Below are positions 47,349 through 61,169 of a stretch of 64,000 bases of DNA, one piece after another (position 1 is the stretch's first letter; every line of letters begins with the position of its first letter). The stretch comes from Paraspadella gotoi. Taxonomy: Eukaryota; Animalia; Chaetognatha. The stretch is taken from contig CM119271.1 in the NCBI GenBank assembly GCA_051294375.1, positions 17,013,799 to 17,077,798 on the forward strand, read 5' to 3'. The position numbers were made by a program, and so were the translations under genes. A model generated the notes under the pieces. It searched no databases, had not been told where the DNA came from, and saw nothing but the letters and a program-made list of their open reading frames with translations.

Positions 47349-47608
47349 ACAGGAGTATCAAGCCACTAAAAGAAAATTGAATCGGAGACTTGGGCGATCT
47401 CCGCGGAAATGGAATTGCCGAATCCTGATTGGTCGAGAATGGAACCGGATTCGACCAATCCGCTTGCAGGATCATCGGAACTGTAAATTCTACCCACGTC
47501 GCCGATCCTCTTTCTTAGCTATAAATAGTCTCCTGCGTGTGTCTCACCGTCACCTTCATTCTCAGAATAAAATCTCATCTTGATTTCACACGACTAAATC
47601 CATGAGTT
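47349..47608 (+). mobile_element. LTR-like repeat (TATAAATA ... AATAAA); uninterrupted homolog of the sequence split by the Gypsy (13009-13182 + 21024-21104)
   Basis: caggagtatcaagccac .. gatcctct..tag.tataaata | ctcctgcg.g.gtctcaccgtcacctt.attctcagaataaa .. aaatccatgagtt at both sites. Confidence 0.7.
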
Positions 47609-48217
47609 ATTTATTTAATATTTATGTATTTATATATATATTTACAAGTTTCTCTCGCTGTATTTTTTTTTTGTTAGCGATTTTGGTTGCTTAAATGTAT
47701 CCAGACAAATTTTAATACAATTCTTAATCGTTATTAAAAAAAAGAATTATTTACAAATAGTAAAGCGTCAATTTAATATTTTACCGCCCATCGTCGCGTC
47801 GTAACCCTGGGATTTATTTAACGATCCGGGCCGTTTCGCTTTAAGTAGTCCCCGGGGTATTTTCAATTTTAACACGCGTGACTTTTCTGGGAATATTTAC
47901 TTCGTTTCTTTTGCTGCAGTTTTAAGGGTTGGAATTCTATTTTTCAAAATCCCCATTTTAACCTTTATAATTAACCTAAATCTGTTAGCAAACATATAAT
48001 CCTTAATCCTAATCCCCTACACTAATCCTTAATCCTAATCCCCTACACTAATTCTTAATCCTAATCCCCTTCACTAATCCTAATCACTAATTTAATCCCT
48101 TAATCCTTTACCTAATCTTAACCTCTGACCTAATTTTTAAACCTAAAAATTGGCCTAATTCCGAATTAAAGATAAAATTGGCCCTTTTGAAAAAATAAGG
48201 CCCCATTTTTATCGAAC

Positions 48218-48274
<57 letters not shown>

Positions 48275-49115
48275 GTTCTCGGCAATCAGTTTTATTTTCT
48301 TCCTTCCAATTGGATTCAGAAGTTTTTCCCCTTCCGGACTTATGCGCGCAGTAAATAACCTCAGAGAAAGAGAGAGAGAAAGAGTAAGAGAGAGAGAGAG
48401 AGTGGAAATGGGGGGCATTAGTTTTTCATTACAATTTTTATTTCGTTTCCAGTTTTCGTCGAAACCGATTCTTGGCTGGAGCTTTAGATTTATAATCTCG
48501 GTTGGAGATTTAGATTAAGATTAAGATTATTGGCTGGAGATTTGGATTAAGATTATTGATGGAGATTTAGATTGAGATTAAGATTATCGGCTTGAGATTT
48601 AGATTAAGATTAAAATTATTTCTTATACAGAAATGTTCATTAGTATAATGTTGTTCGTTCCTCACTTTTAGAATTTTAATTAAAGTTAAATTTAGAAATT
48701 TTACTACCGCCTTATTGGACTGGCTTTGGTGGTTTAAGGCCTCCATCACTCTTTCAAGATAATAACATAGAAGGACCCTTTAAGCTTTAAATCAAGATTC
48801 TCTCTCATTGTTTAACAAGTAGAGGGTCCGACTTCCCAATCAATAAAATGATGGAGCTGAAAAAAAATTGAATCGTTAATTGAAAATGAACAGTATTCAA
48901 CTGTCTCACGATATTTTTTTTTACTTTTTGCTAGTTTTAACTTTCTTGATAGTCAATTGCCTCCACCAAGTTTCATCTGGTTTCTCTCGTGGCGAACGAC
49001 ATCAATGGCTTAGGATTCGCCAGATACAATTTAGATTCGAAGAAACTTGACGTCGTTTTGTGCGATATTTCTGCTGACTTTAATTTTTTTATGGCACCGG
49101 AGGCGAGAGAGAGAG

Positions 49116-49168
<53 letters not shown>

Positions 49169-49229
49169 CAGAGTGTCCACAGTCTCCAAACATCTCCACG
49201 CTCTCTAGATTTCGGTAATTGAATTAAAA

Positions 49230-49277
<48 letters not shown>

Positions 49278-50050
49278 CTCCATGATGACAGATTGCTTTC
49301 CCCATGAAGTTGTTTACTTTAAGCCTCAAATCCCCAAAACCCAAATCAACTCGTTTTTTTTTCCACGAAAATAAAAAAAAATCGTTTACCAAAATGACTT
49401 TTAGTCGGATCTGCTTATCAGCAGATTCCGGCTCTATAATTCACTTTGTCGGTCCGTCGGTCCGCCCCGCCAATCTTGTCGGTAAGTTACTAAAATAATG
49501 TCAGAACATCGAATTATATTGAATTATGCCAAAAAATTGATGTCCGTCCGTCTGTCGTTTTGTGACGAAAAGACAAAAAATAACAAGTTTGAGCAATCAA
49601 TGCTGCATCTGATTAATTATTAATTAATTCAATATTTAATTAAAAGTTTAATTAATTGATTAATTACCGCTAATGATCGTGGGGAGATCCGATTTTAAAA
49701 CGAGTCCGCATTTATCGAGAGATTTTCCATTTAACGAGGTTTTCGATTTAGCGATGGCCGGATTTTTTTGGGTCTAATGATTTAATTTTTGTTATTTGAT
49801 AAGTAATACTTATCTTGGTTTTTTTAGCTTAGATTAGCTTAGCTTTGTTCTTTTAAAGGAAATTATATTCGATTTTTGTTTGGTGACTGTAGTTTTTGTC
49901 GTGTAAAAATCTGATCAGAGAAAGACAGAGAGAGAGAGATTTGATTTGATTTGATTTCATTCTGCTCATAATGTTAATAAAACACATTTACAATTCACAG
50001 GATCGTAAGAGAGCCGTACATGGATATTATGTACATACAAGTATGTAAAA

Positions 50051-50102
50051 ATATAAAACAACAATTAAAAATTCATTAAATAAATAAACGAGGAAATGGT
50101 AA

Positions 50103-50167
<65 letters not shown>

Positions 50168-50285
50168 GATAGATAGATAGATAAATAGATAGATAGATAG
50201 ATAGATAGATAGAAAGAGAGAGGCAGAGAGAGATATAAAACAACAATTAAAAATTCATTAAATAAATAAACGAGGAAATGGTAAA

Positions 50286-50355
<70 letters not shown>

Positions 50356-50400
50356 AGAAGAAGAGAGAGGCAGAGAGAGAGAGAAAGAGAGAGAGAGAGG
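50051..50400 (+). repeat. ~180-bp tandem duplication with (GA)n/(GATA)n
   Basis: atataaaacaacaattaaaaattcattaaataaataaacgaggaaatggtaa at 50051 and ~50232. Confidence 0.8.
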
Positions 50401-51675
50401 CTCAAATAATCTATTGCCAAATGTAAACCTTTGGTCTCGCCGCCAAAGCATCAACCCAATTATGAGAAGAAGTGTTCCGACTCTCTCTCTCTCTTTTTTC
50501 TCTTTTCTCTCTCTCTTTCTCTCTTCTCTCTCTCTCTCCTCTCTCTCGTCTCTCTCTCCTCTCTTCTCTCTCTCTCTTTTTCCCTCTTTCTTCTCTCTCT
50601 CTCTCTCTCTTTCTCTTTTTCTCTTTCTCTCTCTCTCCTCGTCTCTCTCTCCTCGTCCTCGTTCTCTTCCTCTTGTCTCTCATCGTCTCCCACATCCCAC
50701 GTCATCTCTTCTTGGGGTCCCTTTTCAATACGTTTCAATCTCTTCATAAAAACTTTTCTCCGTCTGGATTCAGTTCAAAAATCAGAATTTATGTTGAGAT
50801 GAAAAAAAACGTAGGAGACAAAGTCAGGACTCATTTCTTTTTTGAAATGGCATAGAATTGGGAAAGGGAAAGTAAGCTTCATCGTGCAAGCGCTTCTAAT
50901 TAGATTTTGTCAATTTAGAATTTGTTTAATTTAAGTAATCTAAGTAAATCAAGCTTTCTCTCTCCCTCTCTTTTTAATGGCTTCATACTTCTGCTCCTTC
51001 TTAGTCTAAAAGGCGATTCGTCGCCCCAACTCTTTCCAATGTTTTTGCTCCAACGGCTCCAGCGGCAACAAGCAAGCTTTCCCCTCGCTCGCCAATGTTT
51101 TCGCTCCTACATCCTAGCGAGCCAAGCATTGCCAAGCTTTTTTTTTTTGCTCCCTCGAGTTCGATTGCATTTTTGTTTTTTACGAGAAAAACTTATGGTT
51201 TCGTCCAACGATGGGAAAAAAAACAAAAATCGGGTAAGTTGGAGTTATCGCGCCGCAGTAACTCTTTTATATAAACCCATTTTTAAAGGATCATATGCCC
51301 ATGCAAGTAAAAAACATATTATGGTTCTCAAAGTATATCATTTTACTACTAAAATTAATCAAAATTATACAATATTACCTGAGTTATAAGAATTCAAAGT
51401 AGGGTAGACCGATAGAAAGACTGACCGACCGATCAAAAAGTGACCTAAAGGGTCGCTCCGCGAATCCTCGCCGCGAAACTAAAAAAAAAGAAAATCCGGC
51501 AAAGAGCGCCTGAAATCTTTTTTAATGTTAGCCAACTTTCCTTTTTATTAAAAAAAAAACAAAAAAACTCGTAAATGGAAAATAAACAAATAAATAAATG
51601 TTGTTGTTGTTGTTGTTCGTTTTGTCAGTTTAGTTTTTTTTTTTTTTTTCGTTTTGGTTCATAATTTTGTTGGAT

Positions 51676-51721
<46 letters not shown>

Positions 51722-52266
51722 ACTAAACACTGAACTTATGCTCGCTGAGCGGCAATATTTAAAAATGGGTCGATAAAAGATCTAAACAGATGGAAGAGGC
51801 ATTGCGAATGTGAGGGGGTGAGTGTGAAATGAGTATGAGAATATGTGAATGAATGTGAGGGGGAGAGAGAGAGAGAGAGTTTGAAACGAGATCAATGAAA
51901 ATCTAAACGAGGGAATCAAATCAAAAGGGAGAGTGAAAAAGAGAGAAGAGAGAGAAAGAGAGAGATAGAGAGAGAGAGGGGGGGATGAATTTTAAAGGAG
52001 CCAATCGGAAGAGGAGGAGGAAGAGGAAGATGAGTTGGAAGATTAGAAAGAAGAGGAAGATTAGGAAGAAGAAAAGGAGGAATAGGATGAAGAGGATGAA
52101 AAAGAGGAGGAATATCGGAAACCGTCATAAATGACAATGAAAAATGAAGAGAAAAAGTTTTTTGAGATGCATCTGTCTCTCTCTCTCTCATCTGGCTCTC
52201 TCTACATCGTTCTTCGTCTCCTCACCTCGTCTCTTCATCTTCTCTCGTCTCTCTCTCTGCCTCATC

Positions 52267-52304
<38 letters not shown>

Positions 52305-52964
52305 CTCTCCTCTCTGCTTTCTATCTTTCATCTCTCTGTCTCTCTCGGTCATGGTCCTCCCCTCTCCTCATCGTCTCATACTCCTCCCTTGTAACTCGTA
52401 CATTCCTCCGCTTCTTCCCCTACGAAAAAAGGATTTAGACAAAAAATAAACGAAAATAAAAAACAAAAAGTTTCACCGTAAAACTCGGCGGAGTTTTTTC
52501 ACTCGCTCGATTTTTGGGCAAGGAGACAGAGGGAGAGAGAGAAAGGGATAAGAGAAAGGAGAGGAGAAGACGAGCGAGAGGGACGGGAAGTGAGAGAGGA
52601 GAGAGGAGAGAGCAAGAGAAAGAGCAGAGAGAGAGAGCAGAGACNNNNNNNNNNNNNNNNNNNNNNNNNGAGACAGGAGGGATTTAAAGAGAGAGAGAGA
52701 GGCAGAGCAGAGGGGAGAGAGAGAGTAGAGAGAAGAGAGAAGAGAGAGATGGTAGAGCAGTGAAGAGAGAGGGTGAAACACAGGAAAATAGCGAAAACAA
52801 TGGCCCAAAAGGGGAAATGTGATGCTGTGATATAAGGAGTTAAACGTGTGAGGGCAGAAGTAGCGTTTTATTGGTAAGTTAAGCGCGGTGAAAGCCTCAG
52901 AATTGGTGAGGTCAGGCACAAATCGGATCATGAGCCTCCATAAAATGAGGACAGCGTAATGATG

Positions 52965-53240
52965 AAAAGGACAATTGGACATGGAATAGGAAAGAGGAAT
53001 AGGACAAATAGGAAAAGACAATGGAACTAGGAATGAATAAGGAAAAGGACATGGAATAGGACATGAATAGACATGAAAGACGAATAGGACATGGAATAGG
53101 AAAAGACATGGAATAGGACATGGAAAAGGAAAAGACATGGAATAGGACATGGAATAAAGGAAGACATGGAATAGCGACATGGAATAGGAAAAAGACAATT
53201 GGAATAGGAAAAGACATGGAATAGGACATGGAAAGAGAAA
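52965..53240 (+). repeat. Minisatellite (ggacatggaataggaaaa)n
   Basis: Recurrent gacatggaatagg unit. Confidence 0.85.
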
Positions 53241-53364
53241 AGAAACCATAGAAAGGAAGCCAATGAGACAATTTGGTTCTCGGTGAAGATCACCACAGTC
53301 CAATCAGGAGACGAGAATCGTTTAGAAGCAGAGAGCAGAGAGATTAGAGAACGAGGAGAGAGAG

Positions 53365-53399
<35 letters not shown>

Positions 53400-53493
53400 G
53401 AGATGAGGGAGAGAGAATATTCGTGACTGAGGTCTGTCAACCTCGCATAATTCCGAACGCACGTTGCCTTGGTTTCGCTCTCTCTCTCTCCCT

Positions 53494-53595
<102 letters not shown>

Positions 53596-54067
53596 GATTC
53601 CCAGTTTGTTTGAGAGAGAGCCTCAAATCTCTAACGTAAAACTCTCTTTTTTTTCGCCGTGTAAAATCCTTAAAAAACAAAAAGCAAGCGATTACAGTAC
53701 GACCCGCTATAAAAACTCAAAACAAAAAAAAGGATTTTCCACTCGAAGCAAAAAAGTTTTATTTTGAGACAACGACAACATCAACAACAACAACAACAAC
53801 AACAACAACGACGACGACGACTTTAAACTACTTGTTTATTCCTCCTCATCCTCCGTCTAAAATCTCAACTGACTATCCACCCATCTCTTGCTACCGCAGT
53901 CCCGATCGCTACACACAACCCAATCACCGATTTCTCTTTTGAGCTCCAGCAAACTTTTTATCTCCGCTACTGTCTCCGCTTTGCTCCTTTAAACCTCTTT
54001 TTTTATGTAAGATGTAGCTACAATTCATCCAATTCATCCTCTGCCCCACTCAACTCTTATATCCTTT

Positions 54068-54220
54068 ACCTCGCTTTCCCTAACCCTAACCTCGCTCCCC
54101 TAACCCTAACCTCGCCCCCCCTAACCCTAACCTCGTTCCCCCTAACCCTAACCTCGCTCCCCCTAACCCTAACTTTATCCACTCCTATCCCTTTTACATC
54201 GCTCCCCTAACCCCTAACCC
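54068..54220 (+). repeat. Telomere-motif-containing minisatellite (cctcgctcc-ccctaaccctaa)n
   Basis: About 5 units of 20-22 bp, each with two CCCTAA hexamers. Confidence 0.8.
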
Positions 54221-55605
54221 ACTCCACTCCAACGCCCTCCCTCTCTCCTTTTCCCTTAAAAAGGCGCTTATCCAACTAAATCCTTAGACAAACGAAAAGC
54301 TCCAGTTGCCTTCGCCGGTGGCCTCGCCCAGAGAGGAGTCTGCGAACGACGACGACGATGACGATGACGACGACGACGACGATGACTATGATTCTGGCGA
54401 TGATGACAACGACTATCGAGAGAAGATGATAATTATGACGACGACAATGACAACGAAAACGATGATGACGACGACCGAGATGCCGACGAATGCCAGTTGC
54501 CAGCCGACAGATACCAGTTGCCAGGCCGACAGATACCAAATGCAAGCCGAGAGATACCAGGTGCCTGCGAGACGAGACGCAACCCAGTCGCCAATTCAAT
54601 CTGCGGCTTAACTCGTAATTTGATGCAGACTAACATCCTCAGCGACAGAGTTTGACTACATAAACAGAGAAGCCAATGAGTCGCCCTTGCAATATCCAAA
54701 GTCAACTTTTCCGACTTTTGTTTTATTGTCGATTATTAATTTGCCCAACAACGTTGATAACAAAGCCAATGCATTAGCGGTTAATTAATTATGGGTTTTA
54801 GTACGAAGAAAAAATAATTTGATGTTCTCAACTGTGTTTTAAACAAACTGCTGAGAAATACACTCTCACGAAAAATGCCCAACCAATTATTTCATACCGC
54901 AAAAGTTCCGCCCTTTCCCACCTCAGCTGCCGCCGCACTCCAGCCGCAGCCGAGCCGCACTTCAGCCACGCCTCCCGTCGTCATCACCAAAGTCAGCGCC
55001 GTAGCATTCACCCCCAGGCGCCTTTNNNNNNNNNNNNNNNNNNNNNNNNNCATTTTCCCTGCCGCAGCTGCTGTCCTCCGCCGCTGCAGCAGCCTTACCC
55101 CCCGGCCATTTTTTTCTTTCTTTCTTTTCTTATCCTATCTTCAGGTGTCTTTCTTTCTTCTCTTGTTTATCTTTCTTCTTCTTTAATCTTCTTTCTTTTT
55201 CTTTTCTTTCTTGTCTTTCTCTTCTCTCTGCTTCTCTCATTGTCTCTCTATCATCGGGATCCGACATCTCCGTCTATCGCAGTAATGGAGTCAATCTCTT
55301 TCTCTCTTCTCTCTCTTCTCAGAGCTCGGACTCTTTTTCTTCCAATCCATTATCCTAAGTGGAAAAGTGTTACCTATCACTCCTAGTTGAGAATTGTTCC
55401 TGTCCGGATACGACATCTTTAAAGAGCAACTCTCTCTACACTCTCATGGCGTCTCACTCGGCGTCTCATCCCGCAGTCTTTCCTCTCGTCAATATCCCTC
55501 TCTTCTCGCTCCTCTGTCGGCTGTGCCGCTTCCTCTGCCTAAAGCTCCAGCTGCAGGTGGTCTCTCTCGACTCTCATTCGATCTTCTTCTCTCTCTCGTC
55601 TCGTC

Positions 55606-55640
<35 letters not shown>

Positions 55641-55847
55641 TCTCTCATACTTTGTATAAACAGACGCGGTGGCCGGACGGACATTTATACGAACACCGGA
55701 TTGTCTAGAGTGATTCAACCAATCAGTTGCTAAAGAATTAAGTCGTTCAACCAATCAGATTCTCTTTCATCAGCGTCCGGCCAATCAAGTAGTCACGCCT
55801 TATTTCCCCCTTTTTCTCGCTGCCCCGACCCGAGATCGGACTCTATT

Positions 55848-56500
55848 TGTCCATTTATCCATTTCTATTTCCATTTTCCATTTCAATTTTTTTTTATTTT
55901 ACCATTTTCTGTTTCCATTTTCATTTCCATATCCATTTTCCATTTCCCTTTTCTTTTTCCATTTTCCATTTTCCATTTCCCTTTTTAATTTCCCAATTCC
56001 CTTTTCCCTTTTCCATTATTATTTCCATTTCTATTTTTGATTTTCCATATTTATTTTCCATTTCCCTTTACAATTTTCCATTTCTAGTTCCATTCCCATT
56101 CCAATTCACCATTTACTTTTCCATCTTCTTTTTCCATTTCTATTTACAATTCTATTTCCATTTTCCATTTTCCATTTTCCATTTCCCTTTTCTATTTTCT
56201 TATTCCATTTCCATTTTCATTTCCATTTCAAATTTCTATTTCCACTTCCCTTTTCCCATTTCCGTTTTGATTTCCATTTCGATTTCTATTTTCATTTTCC
56301 ATTTTTTCTCACATCGCCTTAATAATCTTCACGTTTCTGTGAAGTTTTCGGCTTTTCACAATTTCTATTTCCACCCTCTGTGGTCACCATTTACCATTTA
56401 CCATTTTCCATCAGCCATACCATTTACCATCAGCCATACCATTTACCATCAGCCATACCATTTACCATCAGCCATATCATTTTCCATCGGCCATACCACT
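55848..56500 (+). repeat. (tttcca)n degenerate satellite followed by a 19-bp (accatttaccatcagccat)n array
   Basis: Visible periodicity. Confidence 0.85.
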
Positions 56501-56527
56501 TTGGGGCGGAATCATAGTCGGAGCAGT

Positions 56528-56563
<36 letters not shown>

Positions 56564-57649
56564 NNNNNNNNNNNNNNNNNNNNNNNNNNNNNNNNNNNNN
56601 NNNNNNNNNNNNNNNNNNNNNNNNNNNNNNNNNNNNNNNNNNNNNNNNNNNNNNNNNNNNNNNNNNNNNNNNNNNNNNNNNNNNNNNNNNNNNNNNNNNN
56701 NNNNNNNNNNNNNNNNNNNNNNNNNNNNNNNNNNNNNNNNNNNNNNNNGCGCTCAAATGTCAAATGCATCCCGCAGCGCTGGGACGACGTATTTTTAAAC
56801 TCTCTTTTTACGTCAAATGGGATTCCGACTCGAGTGCGGAATCCAATTCACCTCTCGGTCTCTTATACCTAATTTAAACTCTTATACCGAAGGCCTTTAA
56901 TACAATTTCAAACATTATTTGAAACATTATTCCACTTCATTGATGGGGAAGACGGGTACTAAATAAGCTAGACTGTGAGAAAGTCATGATTAAAACCTTG
57001 TATTTTTCTGCTATGTTATTCTAAGTGAATAATTCCCTTCTTTCTCCTTATTTTTCCCTTTTCCTTTCTCTTTTCTATCTTTATCTCTCTTTTTACTATT
57101 TCCATCCACTCTCTTTCTTATTTCCCTCCCCTTTTTTTGGACCCTCGCTCCCTTCATCTCTCCCCCTTCCACTCTGGTTTTCAATGACAACTCCAAAATC
57201 GTGCGGCTTTCATATTTTGTTCTGCGTCAAAGTTCGTCGGCCTTTGACTTCAAATTAGTCGGTCCGTCTGTCGTTCTGCCTCTCTTCGCTCGGGTGAGGT
57301 TGGCCTGACCTTACTTTCTCTGTCGTCGCTTCTTGATTCGGGCTGAGTTTTTTTTTATTTATTAGTCATTATTAGACAAATGTCCCATTGATTGATAACA
57401 GTTTAAATTTATGTCTGTAATCGAAAAATTTCGGACGACCCTTTCTCAATAGTTGCTTCTTCAAGATGAATTAACTGATGTTCAATGATGTATGATAAAT
57501 ATAAGCGCGAAATCTCCATAATTATTGATTAATGTTATCGTCTCGACGATATAATTATTAAATCAATAGTTAAATATTTTATAGTTAGTTATAACCAATT
57601 ATGAATAAATGAAACATTTTTTACGTTTTATCATTTCATCAAAATCTAT

Positions 57650-57920
57650 TTTTTTCTTCATTGATTTTTTTCTTTATTTTTCGATATGAAAATCAATCGT
57701 GCATCTCAATGACCTCTTCTGGTCTTGATCGACCTTGCTGCGCTCTCTCTCTCTTGATGATCAACAAATTGTGCTTGTGAAGGTCTGAAAAGAGAGAGAG
57801 AGAGAGAGTAAGAGAGAGAGTGAGAGCGCAGCAAGGTCGATCAAGACCAGAAGAGGTCATTGAGATGCACGTATTGATTTCATATCGCGAAAAAAAAGAA
57901 AAAAATTCAATGAAAAATAT
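57650..57920. repeat. Long inverted repeat (foldback / MITE-like)
   Basis: cgtgcatctcaatgacctcttctggtcttgatcgaccttgctgcgctctc (57698-57747) is the exact reverse complement of 57822-57871; the arms extend outward imperfectly. Confidence 0.9.
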
Positions 57921-58019
57921 AAAAAAACTTAAATCAACTGTTTCGAATCTCTCTCCTTTAATGAACATTTACCAAAAAAATAGAAAAAAAAACGAATCAA
58001 ATTACTAGTAAATCATAAC

Positions 58020-61000
58020 AAAAATCTGCAGATTCTTGGGTGACTCACCGTTCATCGGTGAGTCCAGCGACCAGTCCAATGCCAGTCAAAAACAAATTCA
58101 AGTCAGCATACGTAACTTATCAACAAGAGGCTTTTCAGGCTGAACCGAATAATGAACAGCAAAATAAAACTGCTGGAGATGATATATGGAAGAATGAATA
58201 AATAACCTTGATGAGAATCTCGAAACCTTGCTAATAAACAAACTGTTGCAAAATGTGAAAAAGCCGATAGTAAGAGTTCAAAAAGACTGTGAACCAAAGT
58301 CGCGCCGGAAAAATTCTTCTGAAAAGGACTTCGGAAACGGAAGCTCGACGATCTTATTGGAGATCCCGCGCAACGAAGTAAAAGCCCGAGGCCAAACCAA
58401 AACAAGGAAAAAAAAAGATTGCTGGAGATGGAGAGACGAACTCGGATAACCCTAGAAGCGTCAAGCAGTTTCAAACTGGCTCACACTCTGGAATCTGAGC
58501 GTTTCTTTCTAGTCGGGAAAAAGCTTGCAGAGGTAATTCAGCAGTCGTTACAAGGGCAACTCAAACTATAGATGATATTAAAAGGTACTTAAAGTAGGGA
58601 CTTGCTTCTTCTCGGAAAAGACGGACGCAGCTTTAAACTCGTTTCTAAAACAGGAAATTGGACAGCTAGTAGAATTACAAGTTTACTCCCCGTCTTCCGT
58701 CTACAAAATCAATACACAAAGTGGTCTGTTATACGAGGAAGTGTTGACAAAACATTTTGACAGACGACATTGTAGAGAAGCTGCGGGACAAGGCTACTCG
58801 CCGGCCCAACGAGCCGTTCTTCAATCGGCAGTAACGAAAACTACCAACAGTGAAGTAAAGGTCACCTTGTATTCAAAAACAGAAAAAGACAAACTTTTAG
58901 CTGAAGGAGCCTGTTTTTACTTACAAACGCCCACAAATGTGTCGACTATAAGCCCGGGGTGTTGATTCAGTGTTACCGCTGTCAAGGCTTTGGCCACATG
59001 GACAGGAACTTGCCAAAAAAGAAAAACTTGCCACTTACGTGCCTGCGATTGTTTTCTGGAAGAGGCCCATTAACCACAAGAATGCAATAAAACAAATTCT
59101 GAAATTTAAATGTGCAAATTGCGGCGATAACCATGTATCCAACCTTCAAAAAAATTGCCCCGTTTATATATCTGCTTATAGATTTGCAAGAAAAGAAACA
59201 AAATGAAGCAGATGGAAAAACATCCAAAAGCTATTCAGATTGCAGTGAAAGGCTGACAAACAAGGAAAGCCTGAGCGCAGGACATAACTACAATGCAAGT
59301 AAGTGCCCCTGCATGGAAACAATCACTTCTCTTCTTTACAAGAATGGGGCGATTCTAAAGGCAATTCTCAAGCAGATCAACGTTCCAGCAACAATTGGCA
59401 GATCATTGAGACTCTTGAGCGGCCTAAAATCGAGAAACTAAATAATAACGTAACAAAAGTGTAAATCTTGCATCCTTTAAAAGGCCTGCCTCGCCTGTAC
59501 CCAATTCCTGAATCAAACTCTATCTTGAGTTACGTCTCGATCTCAACTTCTCCTGTTAGAAGACTGATTACCCAAGCTCCACCAATTAGCAATCTACGTT
59601 CATGGGGAAGTCAATGTGCAGCTGCAACGAACTCTAGCATCCCGTGGGCTATCCTTCAAAAGCTCATCAAAGCTTACCACAATATTCGACTCCAGAGGCA
59701 CTAATATCTACCTCAAAAAACCTAACATCCGCTATCCACCTGAACGGGCCCATATAATCAAAACCTTCGGACAAGTTCCATGAATGGAATCACGATCAGA
59801 AGAATCCATATCACAATCAGAAAAGCAAATGAATCGAAATCTTAAAACCCAAAATGGACAGTAAGTAGCCACTATTTGAATTGACTTATACTAATGGCAC
59901 ACCAATGAGACTAACGGAGTTAAATAAGCTAATTAAAACAACTCAAACAGAATAAGTTTACTTTCACAATTTTAATGTATTCGTTCTTAAAAAAAGGAAA
60001 TCAATTAAAAATGGATGGTATAATTTTTAAATCAATCCTGGGCAAAGTTCGTTAATGGGCTCCGCTATCTGCAGGGCATGCCACGGTTTCCCAGAAGGAA
60101 CTACTGGTTAAAAAACTATGCACAAATCAATTGAGCCAGAAGGTTTAATAGTCACTGTTCAAATCTGAATAAAAACAAAAAGTTAAAAATTAGGGACTAT
60201 CTATCTTCATCCAAAAAGCAAGATGCCCAGCGAAGCCTTCATAAAACGTTTTTCTCAGAATGATGGTTGAAACAATTAAGTGTTTTATGTGCGTGATTTC
60301 TAATGCGCCATTATGAATTGGGGAAGTAGGAACGAAACTCAACTGAAGCGTGAGTCACCTTACTATCAGCCCTGTATGCAATCCAATGATGTAATTAACC
60401 CCCGTCACAGCTTTAAATGATACTTACCTATGATAAAATCAAGGAGGGGCAAACTTCTTAATTCTGCTGGACTTTTATCGTTCGGTTAAACCATCTAGTC
60501 AAATTAATCTCTTAAGAGACCACACAACTTCCTCGGAAGATATCGGAACAGTGACCATCTGCCAGGGCTATTAGATCTGAAATAACACACTCCTCATGAA
60601 CAGAACATATCAAAACAAAATAGTTAACTGGCAAGCTTTCGTCCAGCAATCTTCAGTGAGAATTTGGTAGGTATGAACTGACCATAACAAGTTTGAAAAA
60701 CCATTAGTGCAAGGACGAAATAGACAAATTGGTCGAAAAACTCACCAAGCCATACAAAGGTCAAACACTACTCAAGCAACAAGCATGCAAAGGCAAGAGA
60801 AACTAAATTGGGGTACACCCCTTATCTACTGATGACACTCAGATGTTTAATTAAAAAGAAGAAGAAAAATTCTGAATACAATTGAAAAAATCTTAACAAG
60901 AAATGGTATCTTTGTACGAAAAACTTGCATAAGCAATATAACTTTTTATCGTAGGCAAGCTTTCGATAAAAAAATAAATGAAGACAAGCGAGACACGAAT

Positions 61001-61150
61001 CAAAGAAGAAATTAAATTTTGCCTGTTGTAACACAAAAGATGTTCTGCAAAGAAATGGAGCGCTAATCAAGGGAATTAACAAGATATAAATCTGAATCAG
61101 AAAACACGCATTCAGCCCATTGACGACGCGCCAGATGAGCGTTAGCGCCG
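58020..61150 (+). mobile_element. Decayed non-LTR retrotransposon (I/Jockey/R1-group type): ORF1 zinc knuckles and APE endonuclease, RT not seen
   Basis: QCYRCQGFGH (58968-58997), CLR. and KCANCGDNH...CP.Y (59108-59170); APE-like (G)DF-NA..WG across a frameshift (~60290-60325) and SDHLP (60550-60564); many frameshifts; boundaries approximate. Confidence 0.75.
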
Positions 61151-61169
61151 CAATCAGTTAGAAAGAAAA

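Noticed and set aside
55847-56872. 341-aa F/P/I/H-rich ORF; likewise 62039-62692 and 52473-53680
   Set aside because: Simple-repeat translations running through N gaps.
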